Source: Mustelus asterias
Lineage: Eukaryota
NCBI RefSeq assembly: GCF_964213995.1
Contig: NC_135825.1
Location: 12,462,001-12,526,000, forward strand
Length of the DNA stretch: 64,000 nucleotides
Direction: 5' to 3'
Made by a program: the position numbers and the translations under genes. Below are positions 35,721 to 47,700 of the stretch, one piece after another. Every line of letters starts with the position of its first letter. Position 1 is the first letter of the stretch. Under the pieces are notes generated by a model. It ran no database searches. It was not told the origin of the DNA and was given only the letters and a program-made list of their open reading frames with translations.

Positions 35721-37475
35721 TCAGTGTGCAGGTTACAATAGGTCCCCCTCCCTCAGTCTGTCACTAAACCTGAGACTCAGACTATTACTGATAGTACACA
35801 GTGTGACTGGGGCTTATACAGGAGCTCTTGCCTTGATGTGTGTCTGTGTGGGGGTTGATGTATCTGGGGTTGAATTCCCAGCATCCCTCTCTCTTGACTG
35901 CAGCAACTTCCCCCCTATCCCCACCAGCAGCACCCCACCCCTCACTGTATTGTAACAGAGAGGTCAATTCCTTTCTCCATATGGAACAGATCGCTGTTCG
36001 AGACCTGATTTTCTGATTGGTTTCAATGGTTGAAAAGGTTTTGTTTGAGATAGAATGCTGCGAGTGAATGTTCCATCCTAAATGAACAGAAACTCAGTTT
36101 AACCACAATGCATTCTCTCCTCAAATAAGTTGATGTTTGACGACCAACAGCTGAACTCTGAAAAAAATGTTTTCAAGCTTGTTGCACCTCATGGTGGTTT
36201 AGCCTCGAGAAAAAATGTGTTGCTGCTCTCAAGGCTGAGGTGTGATAGAAACCTGTGAATGTACGATAGCTGTTAGGTACTAAATGAAGGTTTGTGTTTG
36301 CAATTGGGAGAAGGGGATCTGCATTGTTACAGGGCTTGTTAGAGGCAAACATCATGGTCGCTGATCCATTATTGGGCTCCATGTGATCCAGATGGAGAAA
36401 CAGTGCACAGGTGTACAGGTTTCATAGGAACCGCACCATGAGTCACTTACCCCGGAGGGAGGCGCTACTGAGCTGGATGAAGTCTTATGAATCATAAACA
36501 AAAGGAAAGGCCAAAGCTGAGTGAAAATGGATGGATAGATCTCCATCGATTCCCAAAAATCCTGAAACCGTCATCAGTTAAACTGTGCTGGGAAATGAGG
36601 CTGTAGTTCCTGCAGCTCGGGAACATTGATGGATCTTTCCGGAATTGGGTGGCAGTTTTCTCAGGACTCAGAGGAATGTTCATGAACTGTTACACTCGGG
36701 ATGTTACAGAAGCTTCCCAAAGGCTTGCACATGGCTAAATAACATTGAGAAACAGGGAACAAAGCTGTTTGCTTCTCATCGTTTTCTCAGGTTTCCCAAG
36801 GTGAGGACATCATTCTCAGCTCACATGTGGCTATTTATTCACAAAAACACAATCCCGACATCAATCAAAAAAAGATTTGACTGAATCAATGTTCTGATGA
36901 GTGATATGTGGATGGAAAACACGGAAGTTTATATTTAGTTCCCTTGGCAGAAATACCTAAGAGTCTCAATCTTTATCAGAAATCGATGTGGCTCCTAACT
37001 GCGCACCATCCCATACTGAGACAAGCAAGGATAAAATGGTGTCCTGAGCTTGGATTTTATGATCAGAGTGTGGTCCCTCACAGCCTGGCATTAAAGTAAG
37101 GGGTGAGCCTGCCCCCATCTGGCTGGTTTACCACTCACCCATTCAATGCCCTTTGGGATTAAAGCCGCCTTCAAGGTGGAAGTCCCAGTTCTGGGAATGG
37201 GCTGCCAATCAAATGGCCCATCCTTCACACCCCATTATGTATCAGTAAGTTCCAGGCTGTGATGTTTTTAGCAATAACACTCACAAACCAATCACAATCA
37301 TCATTGGGGAAATAATAATAACCCTGTTAATTAGTACATTTAATTAATTGTGAAGAATTTAATTTATTGGGCAGTGAATTTAGACACCCACAAATCTCTG
37401 TGTGAAAAGGTTTTTCTGTCTAATCCATCTACAAATTCCCTGAAATCTATGCCCCCGGTAACTGATGTCTCAGCT

Positions 37476-37830
37476 GGGGGAGGCGATGGCCTATGGCTGG
37501 AGTAATAATCCAGAAACTCAGTTGATGTCCTGGGGACCCGGGTTCAAATCCCGCCACGGCAGATGGTGGTATTTGAATTCAATTAAAAAATCTTGAATTG
37601 AGAATCTACTGATGACCATGAAACCATTGTTGATTGTCGGAAAAACCCATCTGGTTCACTAATATCCTTTAGGGAGGGAAATCTGCCATCCTTACCTGGT
37701 CTGGCCTAAAAGTGACTCCAGAGACACAGCAATGTGGTTGACTCTCAACTGCCCTCCAAGGGCAACTAGGGATGGGCAATCAATGCTGGCCAAGCAGCGA
37801 CACCTATGTCCCATCAATGAATAAAAAGAA
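37476..37830 (+). mobile_element. Second tRNA-derived SINE family, full length, within a minus-strand CR1 remnant (about 37380-38700)
   Basis: B box GGTTCAAATCC. Tail matches the LINE end at 18393-18465. Flank encodes LVRPQLEFCVQFWSP. Confidence 0.8.
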
Positions 37831-40711
37831 ACAGGCCTTTCCTGTCTACTTTATCTGGGCCTCTCATAGTTTAGTACATCTCAATTAGATCATCCCTCAG
37901 CCTGCTCTCTTCTAAGGAAAACAACACTGGCCCATCCAATCCTCTCTCGTAGCTGTAATTTTATATCCCTGCCAACATTTTTGTAAACCTCCTCTGTGCT
38001 CACTCCAGAGCAATTCAGCCTTCCTGTAATGTGGTGACCAGAACTGTACACAAAACTCCAGCTGTGGCCTAACCAGCGTTTTGTACAATTCCAGCAATAC
38101 ATCCCTGCTTTTGTGTTCAAAACCTCACCCAATAAAGGCAAGCATTCACCGATCTCCAATCCTCTAGTACCCCTGTACATCTGGTGAAGATTGGAAATTG
38201 ATCCTCAACGCATCTGCTATTTCCTCCCTGGCTTCACTGACAGCCTGGGATACAATCCATCTGGGTCCAGGTGATTTATCCACCTTCAAGGATGTCAGTC
38301 CTTCAAGTACTTGGCCTCTCATTATGCTTATTGTGTCTGAGATTTCCCACTCCTCCTTAACTAGAATGTCTGCATCATCCCTCTCCTTACTGACGGAAAG
38401 ACCAAGTACTCATTGAAAACCCTGCCCACGTCTTTTGAATCTACATCTAAGTTACCATGTATGTTTCTGATAGGCCGTAACCTTTCCGAGGTTTTCTCCT
38501 CCTCTTGGTGTACTGGTAAAACTTAGTCAGGTTCTCTTTGATTTTACTTGATAATTTTTATCCTGAGCCTCTCTTTAATTTCCTAATTGCCATTTTAATT
38601 TCACCCTATACTTTCTGTGCTTCTCTCGGCATTCTACATTATTCACCTTTTTGTGACTGTCATAAGCTTTCTTTCTCTGCTTCATCTTACCCTGTATGCT
38701 TCTGGATTTTTTTTTGTTCATTCATGGGATGTGTGCGTTGCCGATTGTTCCAGCATTTGTTGCTCATCCCTGAGGTCATTTAAAAGTCAACCACATTCTG
38801 TGTCTCTGGAGACACATGTTGGCCAGACTGGGTAAAGATGGCAGATTTCCTTCCTTAAAGGCCATTTGGCAATACTATCCTTCTTCTATGTGAGGATATG
38901 TCTACACTGTGCCTGTACACTCGTTTTTGACCCTGTTTTTCCTTTTCATCGCTGTATCCAGTCCATTTTTGGTGCATTGATCTTTGAACTGTGTAACATG
39001 TGTCTTTCCAAATTTTAGGATTTTTACTCCTGTTTTATCTTTGTCCTTTTCCATAATGGTGCCAAATCTAAATGTATTAAGGTCACTATCACCAAAATGG
39101 CCCCCACTGCTACTTCATCCACTTGCTCAAATTAATTTCCTTGGACTAAATCTAGTCCCCATCCCCACCCAGCGCCCCCTCTCACAGGGCTTGTTACTGC
39201 TGGCTAAAAGATTTCTCTTGAATTCAGTTCAAGAATGTTGTATCCCTTGTATTGTTCTGGACTATCTGTGCTGGGTAAGAACTCTGAAGAAGCAACGTGA
39301 GCTTCCAGCCAACGCAGGAAAGTGACTGTTTTCCAGAAAGCAAGGTTTGGTTTTTATGTTTTTTGCATTTCCACAGCAGATGGGAGTGAGAGAGAAACCC
39401 TGTGGCTCGTCTCCCCTACAGCAGCAGTGGGTTTGCCTTGTAGTAATATTACTGGAATGTTTAACAGAGGAAGTATCTACACGGGATTGTGACAAAAAAG
39501 GGTGTTTATTTGTGAGTCTAACAAAGTAGGTAATTTTTTTGAGGGAATGGAAGATAAATATTAACTGTCTAAATGCAATCCTGTGTGTTGATTTTTTTCT
39601 TTGTCAATAAATGTCATAAGTTTATATTTAAAAACCCAAAAGTATTGGTGGAATTTGTAGCTCCTGACTCCAGAACACGTATCTTCTTGTGGTAACATAC
39701 AAAAAGAAAATAGTTGTGATAGCTTGCAACATTTCCCTCTGTGATTTAGTGCACTTACAACCTGCCAGGTCATATCTGATGGATAAGGCATCAAGTAACT
39801 CTGCTAGCTGCCCATCCATTGATGGTGATTTGGGAGGTTCAAACCAATCTCATGTTGGTGGATGGGCTGTAGTTCACACCAGCAGTCTCCTCTCAGGAGG
39901 ATGTGGGTGATGGCAGCATTTCCTCCAACCCTCTGACACTGCCTGTTGTAATTAATAGGAACACGATTACTGAGCAGTGCCCAGCTGTGGCAGTGGAATC
40001 TCCCACCCAGTCGGGCCCTGCGCAGACTCCACCGGCCAGAGAAAGGCTCCAAAGTTAATCGAGGTCTATAGAGCATCAGAGTCAGCCAGCTGCTCCAATC
40101 CAGCTGCCAGCGATGTGGAACCACCAACACATTGCACTCACAAATGGAAATGTAAGTCACTATGACCACCGTCACCACCCCAGGTATGCCCTGTCCCACC
40201 AGCGGGCAGACCCAGCAGAGGCAGCAGTGGCACAGTGGTAAACTTCCGAGAGGGAGTTACCCTGGGTGTCCTCACCATTGGCTCCGCGCCTTTTTAATTG
40301 TGATGATATTTTCCCATATTCTGCATGTACCAGCTGAACAAAATATTGCGAGATGACGCGGTGGTGCCGCCCTCCAAACATAACCGCGTGCCATTTCTGG
40401 GGTGATCAGGACCACCACATACCCACTTCCAGAGCGTAAAATTCAGGTCAATGTTTAAACAATGTGTCATTCACCAGGATCACACATCGCCCAACTATGT
40501 CATGGCAAATACATGGCCCCATGTCACAGGACGTTGAGTAGTTGTATCCTCAATTTGGAATTGAATACTCCTCCCAGTTACTCAATCACAATTTCCTTTC
40601 CCCCAGAATCTTCTCTCTGTGAACTGAGATCCTTTTCTGTCTGAAATCTGCCTCAGAACGTGTGTGTGGATAAATGGAGCAGGGGGTGTTCTCCTGCTGC
40701 ATACCAAGGAG

Positions 40712-41156
40712 TTTAGAAGAGTGAGAGGGGATCTCATAGAAACTTATAAAATTCTAACATTGTTACACAGGGTTGATTCAGAAAGAATGTTCCTGAGGGT
40801 GAGGGAGTCCAGAACTAGGAGTCAGAGTTTGAGGATAAGGATGAACCTTTTAGAACTGAAGTGAGGGGAAATATCTTCATCCAGAGGGTGGTGAATGTGA
40901 GGAATTCACGACCACAGAAAATAGTTGAGGCCAAAACCTTGTCTGATTCCAACAAGGAATTAGATATAGCTCTTGGGACTGAAGGGATCAAAGGATATGA
41001 TGGGAAGGGTGGATCAGGACATTGAATTCGATGGCCAGCCATGATCAAAATGAATGGCGGAGCAGGCTCAATGGGCCGAATGGCCTACTTGATTCTAGTT
41101 TCTGTGCTTTGCTTCTAGAATAGTTGCTTCTCGTTTTTGTGTTTCTATGTCTCGAT
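40712..41156 (+). mobile_element. CR1 3' fragment with caaggag TSD
   Basis: TSD at 40705-40711 and 41157-41163. Single copy of the site in unit A (6186-6192). Confidence 0.85.
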
Positions 41157-41671
41157 CAAGGAGCTCAAATCTCCTCATCCTGACAGAATTGTTACTCGTA
41201 CAAATAACAAGATTCACATTAAGCAAATCAAAACAAAATATTAATAAATCTCCATGTTCCATTAGTGAAATAACTCACATTAAGAAAAAAATACTTGTTT
41301 CACTGAGGAGTTGATGGAATGTTAATAACAATGGAGGAGGGCATGTTCTAACTCCCCTCACTATTAATTAGAAAACTTCACTTGGGTCAGTATTATCCTC
41401 AGGCTCTGACTTTTTAACATTTTGTTTCCAAAATTTTACATTCTTTCAACAATAATTCATTTCATTCTTTTGCTAAATATAACTGACAGAACTTCAGGTT
41501 CTGAGGAGCCGGATTTTGTGAAGTGGCTGACTGCAGTTTCATGACTCGACTTCCTGCTGTCTTCTTGCTCATTTAAATTTCTGATACAATTTATATTAAG
41601 CATCTATTTCAGCGTGAGACACAGGAGCTGGGTGACTGACGACAAACACTGATCTGATCTCCAACACAACG

Positions 41672-41708
41672 ATGTGGATTTTGATTCTCCTCATTTGCTC
41701 TCTGCCCG
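41672..41708 (+). CDS. Gene B exon 1, signal peptide
   Basis: MWILILLICSLP G|GTGAGT, identical to gene A. Confidence 0.85.
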
Positions 41709-44700
41709 GTGAGTAACAGCCAGAGCTGGATAGTCAGATTATCAGTGTTAGTTTAACTCTAGTCTATAGCTTATACAGCAGAGATGTTTCAGAAATGTTT
41801 AAATATTTGGAGACGTGTCAAGACACAAACGGCAGTTTTGTGTTGCAGTGGGTGGAGTCTCTGTATCTGAGCCAGGAGCACCAGGTTCAAGTCTCGCAAA
41901 AACCTGCAAATTGTCCCAATTTGCTGAAGACAGACGCTAAGAGGGAGAGATACTGGGCGGGGTTTTCTGGCCTTTCTCCCCCCGAACCCAAAAAATCCCA
42001 CCCGAGGTCAATGGACCTTTCCATGGTCCGCCCCCCAACCCGCTATGATTCCCATGGCTGGCAGGACGGTAAAACTCATCCCATTCAGTCAGCAATGTCT
42101 TGATGTGGAGTGATGTCCCTCATGCTATAGTCTCTGACTTCAGGCTTGTGACCAGGTCCAGGAAGGACAAGCTATTGAAAACAGACACACACATTTGCTT
42201 TGTCTGCCTCATGTGTCCCTGGATTTGGGTGATCTGCTAAGTTTACAGGAACAAATACTCAGCAAATATGAATGACTAATATTAGTGAGATATTGTACAG
42301 TATCTCCTTGTGAATATATTACCGCACCATGAAAATATTTACAAAATAGACTAAACTGCAATTTGATTGTGAATGGAAAATTGAGGACAATTTATGTTTT
42401 AAAAGTCCAGACAAGTGACGTTTTTAAAATGAAAGGTCATTTTAATTAGTATTTATTTTCTAATATAATCCAATGTGCAATTCATACTGAAGACAGCAGT
42501 GGTAATAATCCTGCAGTGAGAACATGGCTCAATTCTTGCAGTGAACGGAGATTTGGCTCAGCACCAAATTCTCCAATCTCGCCGGCAGCGCTGGTGAGTC
42601 GTGAACGGCCGGAGAATTCCGACCATTATTTTACAAAGTTCTGCCAGTGACACTGTTCCTCACTGGTGGATGTTTGATCCAATGTACTCTTCCCCATAAA
42701 TAACCTTTTCCTTTTAATTGAATGGGAAGGGAAGTATCGGAGATGGACCATGTGAAGGTGCGAGTAGGGTGGTAACCGAAAGCAAAATTGATAAATGAAG
42801 TGAGACAAGTTCAGCAGAAATTATTTAGTGTCAGAACAAGTTCAGCCAGGAGGAGGGCAGGGGTGGTGAATGGGGATTGTTCGGGCCTCCAATCAAGGAA
42901 GAAGCGGAGAGCACTCTGACCCGCCTGGTGGGGGTGGAGGTGTAGAGGGGTTGGACATCCAAAGTGAAGAGGAGGCGGTTAGGGGCAGGGAACTGGAAAT
43001 TGTTGAGATGACATAGGGCATCAGAGGAGTTACAAGTGTAGGTGGGAAAAGACTGGACAAGTGGAGAGAAATTGGAGTCAAGATAGAAAGAAATGTGTTC
43101 CATGGGGCAGGAACAGGCTGTTTCATGGGTCTACCAGGGCAGTCCTGTTTGTGAGTTTTGGTGAGGAGGTAAAAGTGGGCTGTGTGGGGTTGGGAGACTC
43201 TGAGGTTGAGAGGCTGTGGAGGCTCCAGAGGTGATAAGGTCAGTGACAGCGATGGAAAAAATGGCTTGATGTTTAGTGATGGGGTCATTGTCCAGGGGAG
43301 GGAGGGGTAAATGTCTGAGTTTCAGATTCCAGCACCCTCGTAATTTAACTATTCTATTCGACTAGACGTCAGGTTAGCCAATGAGGTTTGCTTCTGTGTG
43401 TAAAACCACTTGACGATGTGACACAGTGAAAACCCACAGTGTGAGGCAGAAGCCCAATTTCCAGATCCCCCACGCTCTCCCAGCCCCTACCAGAGAGTCA
43501 GGAAAATATCCCAAATGTTTCAAAAGTAAATCATTGACTGTGAAATACTTTGGGACTCTCTGAGATTGTGAAAAGTCTCTATTTAAATGATTACATTAAT
43601 CACAAACTGCATGGAATTTAACTCATTGGAATGTCTGTGTTTGAATGAAGCAGTCATTTCCTGTTCAATTCCTGAAATGTTGTCTCCTCAGTTTCAGGTG
43701 CATTGTGGGCAGAAACGAAAGGACCAGGAATTGTGGGAAGATCGATCACAGTAAATTGTCACTATGATGCATGGTGGTACAAGGCACATTTTAAATATTG
43801 GTGTCACGGCACAACTCGCCAGTGTAAAGTTGTAGCAAAGACAAATTGGCAAAATGGAAGAATTTCAATCACAGATGACAAGTCACGAGGAGTATTTGTT
43901 GTCACTGTGAAGGATCTTCGCTCAGGAGATGCAGGATGGTACAGCTGTGGTATTGAAAAAGCTGGTCTCAATCCAATGTGTCCTGTCGAGCTTCAAATAT
44001 CTGACGGTACATTTCTCAGTGATTATCTTTACTAATCTCCACTGAAATGTCTGATCCATGTTTTATCCGCAAGGAAACATTGACAGCTCCGATCTCCCAA
44101 GGCTCTGCAGCAGTGCAGAGTCTGGCAGCTAGAGGGCAGAGGTTGGGCAATCTGGCTGATGTGACAAAAATACAACAATCCGTGGCCTGCCCAACTTGTC
44201 ACACTGTCGGTTTTTGCATTTAGAATAAAAACAAAATTCAGACAATGAGAAAAACAGTGAGCAGCAACTTGTTACTGATGGTGTCAGTTCATCAAATATA
44301 AAGAATCAATTGTTAGCGTGCTGGACCAGAATCCCAAGATACATTAGGAAGCCAGACCAGGCACCAACAATTATTATATTTGGCATAAATGTGAGGAAAG
44401 GATAATTCCCTCCAGGAGTAATTCCACCAGCAAAGTATGGGGCTTTTATAGTAAAACAAACTTTACTTAATCACGGTTTAAATATAACTCTAACGAATGA
44501 ATCAGCTGAACCACTAATGGTTGAACAATATTTAAAAATGAAAGGAAACATCTTTACTTTCTAGCTTATGAATATTCCTGTTCCAAATAAGCCCCATTCA
44601 TGCATAGATCAAAAACACTTTCAAATAAATACATTTAGCACACATAAGCATACTAGCTATAATTTGTGTTAACAGTCTTGAAGCTTTCAGAGAGATTTTG

Positions 44701-47700
44701 TGGAGCGAGAGAGTGAATGGTCAGGTACAACCTGCACAATCCTCAGACTTCAGCAGAGTGCAGCTGAACCAGAACAAAACAGACCTAGCTCCTCCCATTA
44801 ACCACATCATCACATGATCCAGCCTTCCTGAAAACACATTACATTCCTTTAACCAACCCCTCACCTCCCCCCCCCCCCCGCCCCCCACCAAGGGAATCTC
44901 CTTTTCATAAAAGAAAGTCCATTTGCTCTATCCTAATAAGCACTATATGGTGAAAATGACTAATTATCCTGCTCTCCCAACAACTGATCTGCATTCTAAA
45001 AAAACATCCCAACTGCCTGTGAATTAAAGCTGAATTTTAAACATTCCCTTGCAATATTAATAAACTATATATATATCATCAAGTACATTATCATCACACC
45101 TCCCCTTTTAAACAATGAACCGACAGTACAAAAAGATGGCTTCCTGTTTCTAAAGCCTCTAGTTTTTCACAAAAATTAACCGTTCAGCGGAACATCTTAT
45201 TACATCTCAGCATGTAAATTTGGGGCGGCACATTGGTTGGCACTGCTGCCTCACAGCACCAGGGACATGGATTTAACTCTCACCCTGGTTGACTGCCTGT
45301 GTGGAGTGGACATCTTTTCCTCGTATCTTTGTGGGTTTCCTCTGGGACCTCCTGTTTCCGCCCACAGTCCAAAGATTTGCGGGTTAGGTGGATTAGCCAT
45401 AATAAATTGCCCCTTCATGCCAGGGGGATTAGTCGGGTAAATTACATCGAAGGAACGGCGTTTTATTTTCAAGTCATGCTGTGTCACTTTTTAATGCAGT
45501 CCAGCCAACTCACCTGCTCTATTTAATCTCTCCCGAAAATTTGACAAACTGAGATTGACAGATTTTGTTTGGAAGCAATATTCAGTGTCAGAGAAATAAG
45601 CTGGGTAAATGGAGATAAGGTGCAGGTCAGTTGTGACATAGTTGAATTGTGGACTAGTTTCAAGGGGCCGAATGGTCTAATTGCTGCTCCATGTTCCGTA
45701 CCCAAGTGTCCTGATGAGTGCAAGACAAAAAACTTTGATATGTGTCTTCTTTTTTCAGCAATACTCAAGTTTAGTGCCTCCAAATGACTATTTACCAAAG
45801 GGGTTTATCAGGTTCTTCTTCCTGCACCAACTGGGATTTCTGGTCGGCAGCGCAGACAGGAAACGTTGCGTCTCCAGCATTAAGGTCAGGCAGCTGTGGG
45901 GTTAAAACAAAAGAAACTTAGCTGGATTTTCCCCTCGCTGGCGACAAACCCAGATCCCACCTCAGCCAGGTGAGACCCTCCAGCATCAGGACCTCATCCA
46001 CTCTCCCTGATTGGATGATAAGTCAGGTTCCTGGCCCTTAATTGACAGGAGCATTGAAGACTGCAATAGGCATTCCCATCGTACAACATGTGGTATCTGG
46101 ACCCCAGACTATCTCCCATGTCCAGTTCCCAAACTTTGATTAAACATCCACCCCATGGAGACGTAGATGTCAGAATCCAACATGGCCGCCACTGGCTGAG
46201 ATACTGAAGGGAAAAAAAAGGGAGAGTATTTGATTTTATTGGACGTTCAGTCAGTATCTGAATGGTTGTTTCTATCCCACAGAACCAGTGTCTGTTCCTG
46301 AACTTAGATTCTTATCACCACCAAATGCCTCATGTTCTGGGGGCTCAGTGTCCGTCTCCTGTGAGTCTGTCCAGGGATCACTTCCCATTCAGTACACATG
46401 GTATGAAAAGACCCCGTCTGAAGATTCAAAGATCTCTGACACCAATAAACTGGATCTACATTGTCAATCCTTCAAACAACAACATCATCAATATTACTGC
46501 ACAGCCTCAAATAACCAGGGAGAAAAATCCAGTGAAATGGTAACACTGTCAGGTGTCAATAGAACAGAAAACCACTGCAGATATGTGGTACAAAATGGAA
46601 GCCATGGTAAGTGTTATTTTGTACAAGCAATGTGAGCCAACACAGTAATTCTCTGTTAAAGGAACAGCTTGCTGATAACACCCATTTGCCGATCTTGTTG
46701 AGTCATAGAATCCCTTCAGTGTAGAAGGAGGCCATCTGGCCAATCGGGGTCTGGACTGACTCTCCAAAAGAGCATCATACCCAGGCCCTGTATCATTGCA
46801 ACATCTTTCTCTCATTTTGAAATCAATTCCTTATTAAAACACACCGATGCCAATTATCTGAGTTCTCACTGGAGGTGGGAAACTCTCCTGTCTCCAACCT
46901 GGATCATCGTTATAAACGAGTTTGTAAATCCACTGCCGGTGGGTAAGGTTTCCTGTCACTAATGTAAGGTCAGAAAGGTAGTCCCTTGATATAGGAACCG
47001 GCCATTGCCAATATTAGCAGGTGATAGTTTGAGGTGCTCACATGATATTCAACAATTTAATTTCTCATTGTTCCACAGGACCAGGCTGAGGAGAAGGCAG
47101 TTGGTTTGTTCACTATATTTATTTATTTATTTTAAGTTAAATTTGTGTAAAAAATCGGAGGTCATTTTTAAAACAGGAAGTGGGCCCAGCAGGAGTCTGG
47201 GAAGGTTTTTGGAGGGTTTAAAAGTGCTTAACTTGCAGTTTTCAGCCTCATTGTTCCACAGGACCAGGCTGAGGAGAAGGCAGTTGGTTTGTTCACTACA
47301 TTTATTTATTTATTTTAAGTTAAATTTGTGTAAAAAATCGGAGGTTTTTTTTAAAACAGGAAGTGGGCCCAGCAGGAGTCTGGGAAGGTTTTTGGAGGGT
47401 TTAAAAGTAGGCCGCACGTTTGAGCGGGCAGCGTCGTTAGTGGGCAGCAGAGTGAGCAGGAGGCAGAGTGAAAGCTGTAGGGCTTTGGCTCACAGGGCTT
47501 AGGCAGAAAGGGCGAGCAGGGGTGAGTTAATTCATTTTTTGCTGTTTCTACCTGGTACTGGCAAGGTATCTAGAGGGGATGGGTGTGAAGGCAGTGCAAT
47601 GTTCCTCTTGCACTATGTTCGAGGTGAGGGACGACGTCAGTGTCCCTGCTGATTATACCTGTGAGAAGTGCATCCATCTGCAGCTCCTCCAAAACCGTGT

